Assembly: GCA_964611725.1 (NCBI GenBank)
Contig: CAZTBA010000040.1
Location: 1-22,763 of the forward strand
Source: an uncultured bacterium
GTDB taxonomy: Bacteria; Latescibacterota; CAZTBA01
Direction: 5' to 3'
Length of the DNA: 22,763 nucleotides
Translations under genes and position numbers: made by a program
Notes under the pieces: model-generated
What the model was told of the DNA's origin: nothing
What the model saw: the letters and a program-made list of their open reading frames with translations, nothing else
Database searches by the model: none
Shown here: one piece after another, positions 7,265 to 16,003 of the stretch
Layout of the letters: each line of letters starts with the position of its first letter
How positions within the stretch are numbered: the stretch's first letter is position 1

Positions 7265-8734
7265 GTGAAGTACATTACCGAACCGGAGAAACGCGTGCCT
7301 GTAGCGCTCGATGCGGACGTTGTCGTAGCCGGCGCCGGCGTGAGCGGCGTGATGGCGGCCATCGCGTCGGCAAGGCACGGTGCGAAGACGGCAATCGTAG
7401 ATCGATTCGGCTCCGTCGGCGGGAATACCGGCCCCGGCTTCATCGCGGGAGGCGGCATGCTGCCCGGCAGCCCACACCCGGACGCCGGGTACTCCCGCAC
7501 GGTGTTTCCCGGGCTGTACGGCATAGCACGGGAGCTGATCGAGCGATACGCCGTGGCGGGCGGGAACGGATTGCAGCCGTACACGAAGCCGCCGTCAAAC
7601 TACGCATACAACGCACACCTCGCATCGTACGTCGCGCAGACGATGCTCGAAGAGAGCGGCGTTCGCGTCATGCTCTCAACTCGTATCGCCGATCCGATCA
7701 TGGATGGAACGAACGTGTGCGGGCTTTTCGTGGAGGACAAGTCGGGCCGACGCGCCGTGACGGCACGGGTGGTTATCGACGCAACCGGCGAGGCGGACGT
7801 GGCGCGACGCGCGGGCGCGCCGGTGCTCTATCCGAAGGACAGCTACCACGAGATCGACGGTCATGCGCCGACGGGCATGGGCATTTACTTCCTCATCGGT
7901 GGCGTGGATTCGGACCGGTACGAGTTGGCGATGGGCGGCGTCGAGGTCTCCGACGAGGATGTCGAATGGGGCATCGCGACGCTGGGCGAGAAACACGCCG
8001 GGGCGTACCGCGCGTTTCTGCCGTTCATGCGGAAGGCGAGCGACCGCGGCGACCTGAATCTGCGCTACACGCACGTCGATCTCGACGGTTCCCGCGTCGC
8101 GCTGTTAGCACAGATGCCATGCAGGAGCGGTACACCGAATTCCTGCCACGGGCGGCTCCAGCCGGAACGGGTCGAGGCGATCGATGCGTCGAACGCCGAC
8201 CACATCTCCGCGCTGGAGATCGGCGTGAGGATGCACCTTATCGAGATGGCGCGGTTCTGGAAGCATTACGTGCCGGGGTTCGAGAATTCGTGCGTGGTCA
8301 ACATCGCGCCGTTCCTCGGGTCGCGCGGCGGGCCGTGCATCGAAGGAGAGTACACGCTGACCATGGACGACTGCAAGGCAGCGCGCCGCTTCGACGACGT
8401 CACGTATCTCTACGGGCAATGGATCGCGCTAAAGCATACGTGCGATCAGGGAAAGTGCGAATGGGCGGATGTTCCCTACCGGGTGATGGTGCCGAAGAGG
8501 ATCGACGGACTGCTCGCGACGGGTCGCTGTGCGTCGTGCATCCCCGACACGCTCCTGAGGAATCGCATGGCGATCAAGGTCCTCGGCGAGGCGACCGGGA
8601 CGGCGGCGGCGCTCGCGGCGAAGAACGGCGTTCGGCCGCGTGATCTCGATAGACGGGAGCTTCAGCGGACGCTTCTCGGCGCGGGGTTTTACCTTGGAGA
8701 CATCGAGCGGCTGAAGCAATTGGGTTTGATCTGA
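7265..8734 (+). CDS. FAD-dependent oxidoreductase (PF12831-like, FAD_oxidored family)
   Basis: The long ORF 6962..8734 overlaps the GH36 3' end at its 5' side. The functional start is most likely GTG 7265, 6 nt after a perfect AGGAGG (7253-7258). A Rossmann GxGxxG (VVVAGAGVSGVMAAIA) lies 15 aa after that start, and the C-terminal ...CASCIPDTLLRNRMAIKVLGEATGTAAALAA segment is typical of this family. Coding is very GC-rich: the alternate frame 7258..8643 is an Arg-rich (RRRRERR...) pseudo-ORF. Confidence 0.8.
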   Translation: MKYITEPEKRVPVALDADVVVAGAGVSGVMAAIASARHGAKTAIVDRFGSVGGNTGPGFIAGGGMLPGSPHPDAGYSRTVFPGLYGIARELIERYAVAGGNGLQPYTKPPSNYAYNAHLASYVAQTMLEESGVRVMLSTRIADPIMDGTNVCGLFVEDKSGRRAVTARVVIDATGEADVARRAGAPVLYPKDSYHEIDGHAPTGMGIYFLIGGVDSDRYELAMGGVEVSDEDVEWGIATLGEKHAGAYRAFLPFMRKASDRGDLNLRYTHVDLDGSRVALLAQMPCRSGTPNSCHGRLQPERVEAIDASNADHISALEIGVRMHLIEMARFWKHYVPGFENSCVVNIAPFLGSRGGPCIEGEYTLTMDDCKAARRFDDVTYLYGQWIALKHTCDQGKCEWADVPYRVMVPKRIDGLLATGRCASCIPDTLLRNRMAIKVLGEATGTAAALAAKNGVRPRDLDRRELQRTLLGAGFYLGDIERLKQLGLI

Positions 8735-8749
8735 ATGCGTTCAGATCAA
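8726..8749. terminator. perfect 10-bp-stem hairpin between convergent genes (terminator-like, no U-tract)
   Basis: TTGATCTGAA-TGCG-TTCAGATCAA overlaps the TGA stop (8732-8734) of the FAD oxidoreductase and lies in the 106-bp gap before the convergent YdiJ-like gene's stop at 8841. No T-run is present on either strand. Confidence 0.2.
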
Positions 8750-8840
8750 AGGCATGAACGAGGAGGTTCGCCGTGACCGCAGAACTCGTCCACCCCGAAC
8801 TCGCCGAACACATCCGCTCCATGCCGCTCGGGTCGGATAC

Positions 8841-11800
8841 TTACTGACCCTGCATAACAGACGGTTCCGACTCCGGCTCTTTTCCTCTCAAATAATCAAT
8901 CAGAGGCTGTGTAACTAAGGGAACTACGTCACCGATCATGTGTGGCATCAGGTTATCCATAACCTTCGGCATGAGATCCGGCATCTGCTCCTTCATATAG
9001 TCAGGCATAGGTATGCGTTCACCCACGCGATCCAACATGACCGGCAGTACCTTGGGCATCATCCCGGGAAGCAGCTTCGGAAACAGAACGGGGAACATGG
9101 GCTTCATGAGATTTAGCGCCCCCGGAATCTTACCCATGAACCGCATCATCGGTCCCATCTTAAAGGGCATTGCACCAACCAGCTCCGGCCACATCGTGCC
9201 CATAAGATCCGCAAAACCCTGCGGAGTCATAAGGTCTATCATGGCCTCGAAAACAGCCCACTGCCTCCGCACTTCCGGGTTGGGATCAGGAAACTCATAT
9301 CCCAATGCCGATGACGCGAAGCGAGCGAGATCCACCACTTCTACAGGTATCTGCTTCTTGTCGGCTGAGACGCGGAGTTGAAATTCACAGCAGGGGCAGA
9401 GCGCCAGCACCTTCTCCGCTCCCGCCTCCAGCGCCTCGTCCAAACGAATACTCCCGACATCGGCAGCTACAGGCGGCTCTTTGATGAGTGTCAGGACACT
9501 CCCGCAGCAGTGTGCCTCCTCCCTGTTGTGGCTCATTTCCACAAACTCCACATTCGGGATAGCCTGGATAACTTCGCGTGGCGGTTCATATACGCCCGAT
9601 ACGCGGCCGATGTGGCAGGAGTCGTGCCAGGTCACCTTGGCCGGTTGCTGGTCGTTCTCCGGGAAACTGAACTCTCCCGATCGGATCTTCTCCGCTATTA
9701 CCTCACTGTAATGCTTCGCCTTGATACCATAGTCTATCCCCAGTTTCTCCGCCCAAACCGGGTAGACATGCCGCCACATCATATCGCAGGCAGGGCAAGA
9801 CGTGATGACGGTATCGGCGCCGCTCTCCTTGACAGCCTGGATGTTCTTCCTTATCGTTTCCTCAAATACACCCCACTTGCCCGCTACCAGCATCGGGGTC
9901 CCACAACAGTTTTCCGTTTCTCCCAGGTAGGTGAAGTCCACACCGGCGGCATCAAGCAAACGGACACTGGCCATGCCGATATCGTGCTCAACGTAGCTGG
10001 CGGTACATCCGGCGAAGTAGACATTCTCCGCCCCGCGGCCCGGTCCATGCTTCTCCTTGAGATCCTGCGGGAACCAGGCAGTGCGATCCTTGCGGTAGCC
10101 GGCCCAGATGTCACCCTCCTTCTGAAGCGCTGCCGCCATCATCTCAAACGGCGGAAAGGTCATCATCTTTTTGTCGTCAATGAGCTGACCTCGCAGCTTC
10201 ATCCACGACGGCTCAATCGGAAGAGCAGCGGAGCAACGCAGGTTACACAGCTCACAGGTAGTGCACACCAGGATGGAGTCAACCATGAACTGATCCCATT
10301 TCTCCCTGCCTTCCATATATTCCCTGAGCCAGTACCACTTCCCCCTCGGGGTCTGACTCTCCCAACCTCTACCGTAGAACTGGTCGCACTCCTCGATACA
10401 GTAGCCGCACTGAGAGCAGCTATAGGCATACCAGGCCACATCCGCAGGAATGTCGCGTATAGGTTTCTCAGGTCTCTCGCCGATCGAAGTGATGACATAG
10501 TTGCCAAAAGGTCGGATGAGGGGCTCAAAGACACCGGCAAGGCTCAATGCTGCACCGACGGGACCTCCTCCGATAACCTTGCCGGGGTTCAGCATGCCCC
10601 TGGGATCGACTTGCGCTCTGAACTTCGCCAATCGTCCGGCCCGTTCCTCTCCCAGAACCTCCTTAGCTTTCTTCGCAAAGTAGAGTCCCGTAGAATAGGG
10701 CCTGCCACCATACTTCTCAGCGATCTTCGTGATGGTCAAGACCAGGCTGAAGACCAGATTGTAGCTGAACTTGCGCTGATCGCTGGGGATGAAACCCAGT
10801 ATCACAGCCTCAGCCTTACCACCGGCGCCTTCACGTATGACGACACCTTCTTTGACAACAGGCTGATCGACCTTCCTCTCGATCTCTGTCATCACATCAC
10901 CCAGAGAGGAAAGGGGCACCACCACTTCCGCTGGCACCAGACTGGGGCCCAGTCGCTTGACGACCATCAGCTTAAAGCGGTGTTCCCACTCGTGCCGGGC
11001 GATGCGATCGCTCAGGATCTCAGCTTCACAGGGTCTGAGAAGCTTCGGGAGCCTACCCATCACTGCCTGGCGATCCTTGCTGCGAAAGGCAATGATGATG
11101 ATGTAGGATGCAGGCAACAGCACCCGCTCTTCAACCGGATGGCCGTAATGCTCCATCAGGGGAGACAGGTTCTTAAGCTCTGCCATCCGCGGGTTGATGA
11201 AGACCAGTGACCAGATGGGAAGTCCCTCATCCACCATCGACTGCACCAGCTCCTGCATATCATGGGCATCGGGACAGCCGATGGCAACCACATCCATATC
11301 ATCCAGAGGCTGAACCCGAATGGTCACATCACTGATCAGTCCGGTTGTCCCTTCGGCATCAGCTATCAACTCCAGATCCTCACCGCTGAACTCCCTGACG
11401 CTCCCATCAGGCAACACCGCCCGGGCACTCACTACATTGTCCCGGAACCATCCGGACTCGTAAGAGCCTATTCCGGCACCTCCCTGAGCCAGCCAACCCC
11501 CAACTGTGGATGACGGGTAACTGGTAGGGTAAAGCCGCAAGGTCAGCCCATGTCTGCCAAGCTCCCGGTCAAGCTTCTCCCACACAACACCGGCCTGCAC
11601 TCTGGCCGTCTGTGCCTCAGCGTCAACGCTGATCACCCGGTTCATGTGGTAGAAATCGACTACTATGCCGTTCTTTATCGGCAAAACTCCCCCGTAGCCC
11701 GAGGATGCTTTGCCTCGCGGTGTGAGCTTTAAATCGTTATCTGCTGCCCAGCGGACCAGTTCAACCAGTTCCTCCTCGGTCTCGGGCTGGACGACAGCAT

Positions 11801-11951
11801 CCGGAGTTGTGTCACCGACAAGGGGTTTGATGAGTCCAGGCATGGCAGCGATATCGTGACCGTAGAGTTTTCGCTCAGTTTCATTAAAGGATACACGCTT
11901 GCCAAATTTCTCCTCAAGATATGACCTACGCTTAGAATTTACCTTTCCCAT
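8841..11951 (-). CDS. YdiJ-like fused FAD-linked oxidase / Fe-S oxidoreductase (FAD_binding_4 + FAD-oxidase_C + 2x[4Fe-4S] + 2xCCG domains) with C-terminal Met/Pro-rich extension
   Basis: 1036-aa ORF. SD AGGAGG lies 4 nt before the ATG at 11951. The N-terminus is a PCMH-type FAD-binding domain (GlcD/D-lactate-DH-like). Two ferredoxin Cys motifs follow (YSCSQCGYCIEEC and VCTTCELCNLRC), then two CCG-type Cys-rich domains (FAGCTASY...CCGTP and WHDSCH...CCGS..CPCC) as in GlcF/LutA/HdrD. Overall size and architecture resemble E. coli YdiJ (~1018 aa). The last ~150 aa carry about 22 Met and about 23 Pro. Confidence 0.85.
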   Translation of the reverse strand: MGKVNSKRRSYLEEKFGKRVSFNETERKLYGHDIAAMPGLIKPLVGDTTPDAVVQPETEEELVELVRWAADNDLKLTPRGKASSGYGGVLPIKNGIVVDFYHMNRVISVDAEAQTARVQAGVVWEKLDRELGRHGLTLRLYPTSYPSSTVGGWLAQGGAGIGSYESGWFRDNVVSARAVLPDGSVREFSGEDLELIADAEGTTGLISDVTIRVQPLDDMDVVAIGCPDAHDMQELVQSMVDEGLPIWSLVFINPRMAELKNLSPLMEHYGHPVEERVLLPASYIIIIAFRSKDRQAVMGRLPKLLRPCEAEILSDRIARHEWEHRFKLMVVKRLGPSLVPAEVVVPLSSLGDVMTEIERKVDQPVVKEGVVIREGAGGKAEAVILGFIPSDQRKFSYNLVFSLVLTITKIAEKYGGRPYSTGLYFAKKAKEVLGEERAGRLAKFRAQVDPRGMLNPGKVIGGGPVGAALSLAGVFEPLIRPFGNYVITSIGERPEKPIRDIPADVAWYAYSCSQCGYCIEECDQFYGRGWESQTPRGKWYWLREYMEGREKWDQFMVDSILVCTTCELCNLRCSAALPIEPSWMKLRGQLIDDKKMMTFPPFEMMAAALQKEGDIWAGYRKDRTAWFPQDLKEKHGPGRGAENVYFAGCTASYVEHDIGMASVRLLDAAGVDFTYLGETENCCGTPMLVAGKWGVFEETIRKNIQAVKESGADTVITSCPACDMMWRHVYPVWAEKLGIDYGIKAKHYSEVIAEKIRSGEFSFPENDQQPAKVTWHDSCHIGRVSGVYEPPREVIQAIPNVEFVEMSHNREEAHCCGSVLTLIKEPPVAADVGSIRLDEALEAGAEKVLALCPCCEFQLRVSADKKQIPVEVVDLARFASSALGYEFPDPNPEVRRQWAVFEAMIDLMTPQGFADLMGTMWPELVGAMPFKMGPMMRFMGKIPGALNLMKPMFPVLFPKLLPGMMPKVLPVMLDRVGERIPMPDYMKEQMPDLMPKVMDNLMPHMIGDVVPLVTQPLIDYLRGKEPESEPSVMQGQ

Positions 11952-12079
11952 TGAACCTCCTAACTCTAACAGGGAATGTCACCTTCATAGTACAAACCTA
12001 ATATTTGCTTTGTTGTCGAATTCACTAAATTCGGATACAACACCAGACGATTACACAATTAAGATTTTCCGAAAAAACA

Positions 12080-12961
12080 TTAATCAAAAACTGAAAAATA
12101 GTGTTCGAAGAAACGTTCGACATCCACTCCTAAGGCAACCTGATGTTTTGCTTCCGATACACCCGATTTCCAATATGTCATCCCCTTTACCCTTTCACTC
12201 AGGAGCTCTACTTCTACATTACCCTTCTTAAAGGTGCAGATACTGTCATCAAAGATAGTTGCTGCCGCTAAAGGATCATGAAATGTGATAATGTTCCCTT
12301 CCTGAAACCAGATCTCGGCAAAGTCGAGCACGGGACGGAGCAGGTCCGACTGGAATTTCTCCTTAACCTGATCCGCGCCCATTACCACCCGGAGGGTCAC
12401 ATCCAGGCCGACGGAACGGTGGATGGCGACATCGGCTCCGTATACGATAGCTGTCGCGTGGGGATCACAACAGGCGTTCCATTCGATGGGGCCAACCCTC
12501 GGCATACGATTGGTAAAAACCCCGCACATCATCACCAGACCCTTTAAGAGGGATGGTATTTCCCGGTCGACACTGAAAAGAAGCCCCACGTTGGTCAGTG
12601 GGCCGATAGTCAGAAGGATGACTTCCCCTGGATTCTCGCGTATAGTCCGCCTTAGAAATTCAACGGCCTCACCTCTGGGGAACTTCTCATCGTGATCCCA
12701 CTTTTTCACAGCCGCTGCCTGCGGAGCACAGCTTTGTTTCTGGGGAACAAGAAGCGGGATCTCGACCCCTGGAAAAATCGGGATCTGCTTGCCGGCAATC
12801 TTACACAGAACGCTTGCCATCATCGCCCGTTTGTCCGCTTCACCGGTGACCGTTGTAATGCCAAGCAATTCGCACTCGGGCTGAGCCAGTAGATAAGCCA
12901 GACAGACAGCGTCATCAATATCGGAGCCGATGTCTGTATCCAGAAGAACCTTTGTCGGCAT
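12080..12961 (-). CDS. inosine-uridine-preferring nucleoside hydrolase (IUNH family)
   Basis: Canonical N-terminal Ca-binding aspartate cluster [22 protein letters not shown] chose the ATG at 12961 (MPTKV...) because AGAGAGGA lies 7 nt upstream. The ORF-track start at 13039 is a GTG with no SD and would add 26 non-family residues. Confidence 0.85.
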   Translation of the reverse strand: MPTKVLLDTDIGSDIDDAVCLAYLLAQPECELLGITTVTGEADKRAMMASVLCKIAGKQIPIFPGVEIPLLVPQKQSCAPQAAAVKKWDHDEKFPRGEAVEFLRRTIRENPGEVILLTIGPLTNVGLLFSVDREIPSLLKGLVMMCGVFTNRMPRVGPIEWNACCDPHATAIVYGADVAIHRSVGLDVTLRVVMGADQVKEKFQSDLLRPVLDFAEIWFQEGNIITFHDPLAAATIFDDSICTFKKGNVEVELLSERVKGMTYWKSGVSEAKHQVALGVDVERFFEHYFSVFD

Positions 12962-13113
12962 TGTGAAATCCTCTCTATCATTGTGATTTTGGCTTTTCAT
13001 ACTATCGAGGGTTTTCAGCGGTTTTAGAAGAAAAATCACACACTACAGCTAAGGCTATATATATAATATATCGCGGCAATTGTCAAGTCCCAACGTATTC
13101 CCTAAAAGAAAAC

Positions 13114-13141
13114 TTGACATATACTTACCATTTTTTATATT
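13114..13141 (+). promoter_or_regulatory. candidate sigma70-type promoter for the histidine kinase gene (TTGACA-16 nt-TATATT)
   Basis: Exact TTGACA at 13114-13119 and TATATT at 13136-13141 with a 16-nt spacer sit in an AT-rich stretch ~65 nt upstream of the ATG at 13207. TTGTCAAG (13080-13087) is a near-perfect inverted repeat of the -35 region (CTTGACA) and is a possible operator. Confidence 0.3.
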
Positions 13142-13206
13142 GATTTTCCAGATTCAGTGAAATTTTTAGGATTTCCAGCAAAGACCTATTTTCATGAGGG
13201 GAAAAA

Positions 13207-15933
13207 ATGAAGGAAAAAAACAAAACAAAAAAGGAACTGATAAGTGAACTGATGGAATTGCGCCAGCGGGTTGCTGAATTGGAAACATCTGAAGCAAAGC
13301 GCAAGCTGGCGCAGGAGGATCTGCGCAGCTCGGAACCGCAATATCGTATGATGATCGATTCCATGGGCGATGCGATTCATATGATCGATGGAAATTTGCG
13401 AATAATCCTTTTCAATAAATCTTTCATGAAGTGGAACGAAGAGCTGGGCCTGGAGACGGATGTAATTGGCAAGGCAATCCACAAGGTCTTTCCCTTTTTG
13501 CCACAGGAAGTTTACGAGGAGTATCACAGGGTATTCAAGACAGGCCAGCTTCTCATCACCGAAGAATGTACGCAAATCGGAGGTAAGGAATTTATCACGC
13601 AGACACGAAAGATCCCGGTATTCGGGAACGGTAAGGTTACCAGAGTTATCACTGTGATACGCGATATCACCGAGCAGCAGAGATCGGAGGAGACATTAAG
13701 TGACAGCGAAAGGCGATACCGGGACCTTTTTGAAAACGCCAACGATATAATATATACACACGATCTTGAAGGAAACATAACCTCAGCAAACAGGGCTGCC
13801 CTGAGCACCTTTGGATATTCCTTAGAGGAAGCCCTGAAGACGAATATAGCCCAGTTGGTGGATCAGGAATATCTGCCTCTGGCCTGGGAAAATACAAAAC
13901 GAAAGTTAGATACAGGGAAACCAACGGCACCCTATGAGCTCCTGTGCCATTCCAGATATGGGAAGGAGATCTGGCTGGAGGTCAACACGCGTTTGATCAA
14001 GGAAGATGGCAGGCCAGTAGCAGTGGAAGGGATTGGGCGAGATGTAACTGAGCGTAAGAAAGCAGAACAAGAGCTTCGGGAGAGCGAAGAATTCAATTTC
14101 GCATTGTTCCATTACAACCCTATCGAAACTGTAGTCGTGGATCGCGAAGGAAGGGTTATCAGATCCAACATGGCAAAAAGGCAGTCAGGCGATAGATTAC
14201 CCAATATCGGAGACTTGATGTATAAGGATTATGCCGGAAAACACGATACCGATATGTTTTCCGAATTGATGGAGTGCATTGGATCAGGCGAGACAAAAAG
14301 TTTCCCTGAACTAAGATATAATGACAGATTTCTATTCATAACGATAGCCCCCTTTCCAAAGGGAGCTATTATAACGTCCAAAGATATCACCGAGTACAAG
14401 CACGCAAAGGAGGCACTCCAGAAGAGCGAGGAAAAATACCGAACCATCTTTGAAACTACCCCGGCTGCGACGTTAATAATTGAGGAAGACACAACGATAT
14501 CTATGGTAAACACAGAATTTGAGAAACTCTTCAGATATTCCAAGGAGGAAACGGAAGGTAAGAAAAGCTGGACTGAGCTCGTCAAGGAAGACAGCCTGGA
14601 GATGACGGAGGAATACCATCGTTTGCGGAGGATTGACCCGGATTCTGCTCCGAAAAACTACGAATGCCAGGTCATTAACAAACAGGGTGATGTTAAGGAT
14701 GTCTTTTTGACGGTTGCAATGATTCCGGGGACAAAGAAGAGTGTGGCATCCGCCTTGGATATCACCGAGCGCAAACAGTTGGGAGAACAGCTTCTCCACG
14801 CCCAGAAGATGGAAGCCGTGGGCCGCCTTGCAGGAGGGGTAGCACACGATTTCAACAACCTTCTAACGGTGATAAACGGATATGCTGAACTTGCACGGGC
14901 AAAGCTTCACAAGGAAAATCCCTTGTATAACTACGTCGAGACAATTAAAAGAGCCGGAGAGAAGGCAGCAAACCTCACGCGACAACTCCTTGCTTTTTCC
15001 CGCCATCAGATAGTTAAACCTCAGGTAATCGATCTCAACTCTGTCACCCTCGATATGGATAAGATGCTCCGCCGCCTCATAGGTGAGGATATAGAGCTTG
15101 TAATAATTCCAAGTAAGGATCTCGGCTCCGTGAAGGCCGACCCCGGGCAGATTGAACAGGCCCTAATCAACCTTATTGTGAACTCCCGTGATGCCATGCC
15201 TGATGGCGGAAAGATAACGATTGAGACAGCCAATGTCGACCTTGAGGAGGTTCACAGCTCAAGTCACGACAGTATTGAGCCCAGGTGTTATGTCATGATC
15301 TCGGTAAGTGATACAGGAATTGGCATGAGTGATGAGGTTAAGTCCCACCTTTTCGAACCTTTTTTCACCACCAAGGAAGTTGACAAAGGAACAGGGCTTG
15401 GTCTTGCCACTGTTTACGGTATAGTGAAACAGAGCGAGGGGTATATTTCCGTTGACAGTGAGGAAGGTAAGGGGACAATATTTAGGATCTATCTGCCATG
15501 TATCGAAGAGACCGCGGATTCTTCTATTGATCGTGATGAGAAAGGCTATCTTCCAAGAGGTGACGAGACAGTCCTCCTTGTTGAGGATGAGCCAAATGTC
15601 CGTGAGTTTGTGAGCAAGATTTTGGAAGATCAAGGCTACACTGTCCTTGAGGCTTCAAACGGAATTGAGGCCCTGAATATTGCGAGAGAACATGATGGGT
15701 ATATCCATCTTCTTCTGACAGATATTGTTATGCCCAAGATAGGAGGTCAGCAGCTTGCTGAGGCAGTGAGGGGGTCTCGTCCTAAAATCAAGGTGTTTTA
15801 TGTTTCAGGTTACACAGACGAGAGCATAATCCGTCAGGAGCTTGTCGACTCCAAAACAGGATTCCTTCAGAAACCCTTCACGGTCTCGTCTTTGATCCGT
15901 AAGACGAGGGAGATACTGGACAAGGAATTCTGA
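13207..15933 (+). CDS. cytoplasmic multi-PAS hybrid sensor histidine kinase (coiled coil, ~4 PAS, HisKA, HATPase_c, C-terminal REC)
   Basis: 908-aa ORF. SD GAGGGGA lies 5 nt before the ATG. H-box '[17 protein letters not shown]', then N/G1/G2 boxes ([31 protein letters not shown]). The C-terminal receiver carries LLVEDE and LLLTDIVMP (phospho-Asp), with K in the FLQKPF motif. There are no hydrophobic transmembrane segments. It is AT-richer than its neighbours. Confidence 0.9.
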   Translation: MKEKNKTKKELISELMELRQRVAELETSEAKRKLAQEDLRSSEPQYRMMIDSMGDAIHMIDGNLRIILFNKSFMKWNEELGLETDVIGKAIHKVFPFLPQEVYEEYHRVFKTGQLLITEECTQIGGKEFITQTRKIPVFGNGKVTRVITVIRDITEQQRSEETLSDSERRYRDLFENANDIIYTHDLEGNITSANRAALSTFGYSLEEALKTNIAQLVDQEYLPLAWENTKRKLDTGKPTAPYELLCHSRYGKEIWLEVNTRLIKEDGRPVAVEGIGRDVTERKKAEQELRESEEFNFALFHYNPIETVVVDREGRVIRSNMAKRQSGDRLPNIGDLMYKDYAGKHDTDMFSELMECIGSGETKSFPELRYNDRFLFITIAPFPKGAIITSKDITEYKHAKEALQKSEEKYRTIFETTPAATLIIEEDTTISMVNTEFEKLFRYSKEETEGKKSWTELVKEDSLEMTEEYHRLRRIDPDSAPKNYECQVINKQGDVKDVFLTVAMIPGTKKSVASALDITERKQLGEQLLHAQKMEAVGRLAGGVAHDFNNLLTVINGYAELARAKLHKENPLYNYVETIKRAGEKAANLTRQLLAFSRHQIVKPQVIDLNSVTLDMDKMLRRLIGEDIELVIIPSKDLGSVKADPGQIEQALINLIVNSRDAMPDGGKITIETANVDLEEVHSSSHDSIEPRCYVMISVSDTGIGMSDEVKSHLFEPFFTTKEVDKGTGLGLATVYGIVKQSEGYISVDSEEGKGTIFRIYLPCIEETADSSIDRDEKGYLPRGDETVLLVEDEPNVREFVSKILEDQGYTVLEASNGIEALNIAREHDGYIHLLLTDIVMPKIGGQQLAEAVRGSRPKIKVFYVSGYTDESIIRQELVDSKTGFLQKPFTVSSLIRKTREILDKEF

Positions 15934-16003
15934 GTTTGTTTCAGGCTATAATTCCAGATAGCCCTTCCAGTCCGGCTTCTGGCCGGGGCAATCTCATATC
16001 GAA

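Noticed and set aside
7258-8643. 461-aa Arg-saturated ORF (RRRRERRDGG...)
   Set aside because: It is the alternate (+2) frame of the GC-rich FAD-dependent oxidoreductase gene. Extreme Arg/Gly/Ala bias and absence of any motif mark it as a compositional artefact. The frame carrying GxGxxG and the C-terminal family motifs is the real one.
9378-11210. 610-aa plus-strand ORF, the second-longest ORF in the window
   Set aside because: It lies entirely antisense to the domain-rich YdiJ-like gene (8841..11951, minus strand). It has no recognisable motifs and is Arg/Leu-rich mirror-frame composition. It is a shadow ORF of a GC-rich coding region.
12962-13039. 26-codon N-terminal extension of the nucleoside hydrolase ORF (GTG start at 13039)
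   Set aside because: There is no SD. The family's conserved DxDxxxDD block would sit unusually far from the N-terminus. ATG 12961 has AGAGAGGA at 7 nt and gives the canonical [10 protein letters not shown]... start.
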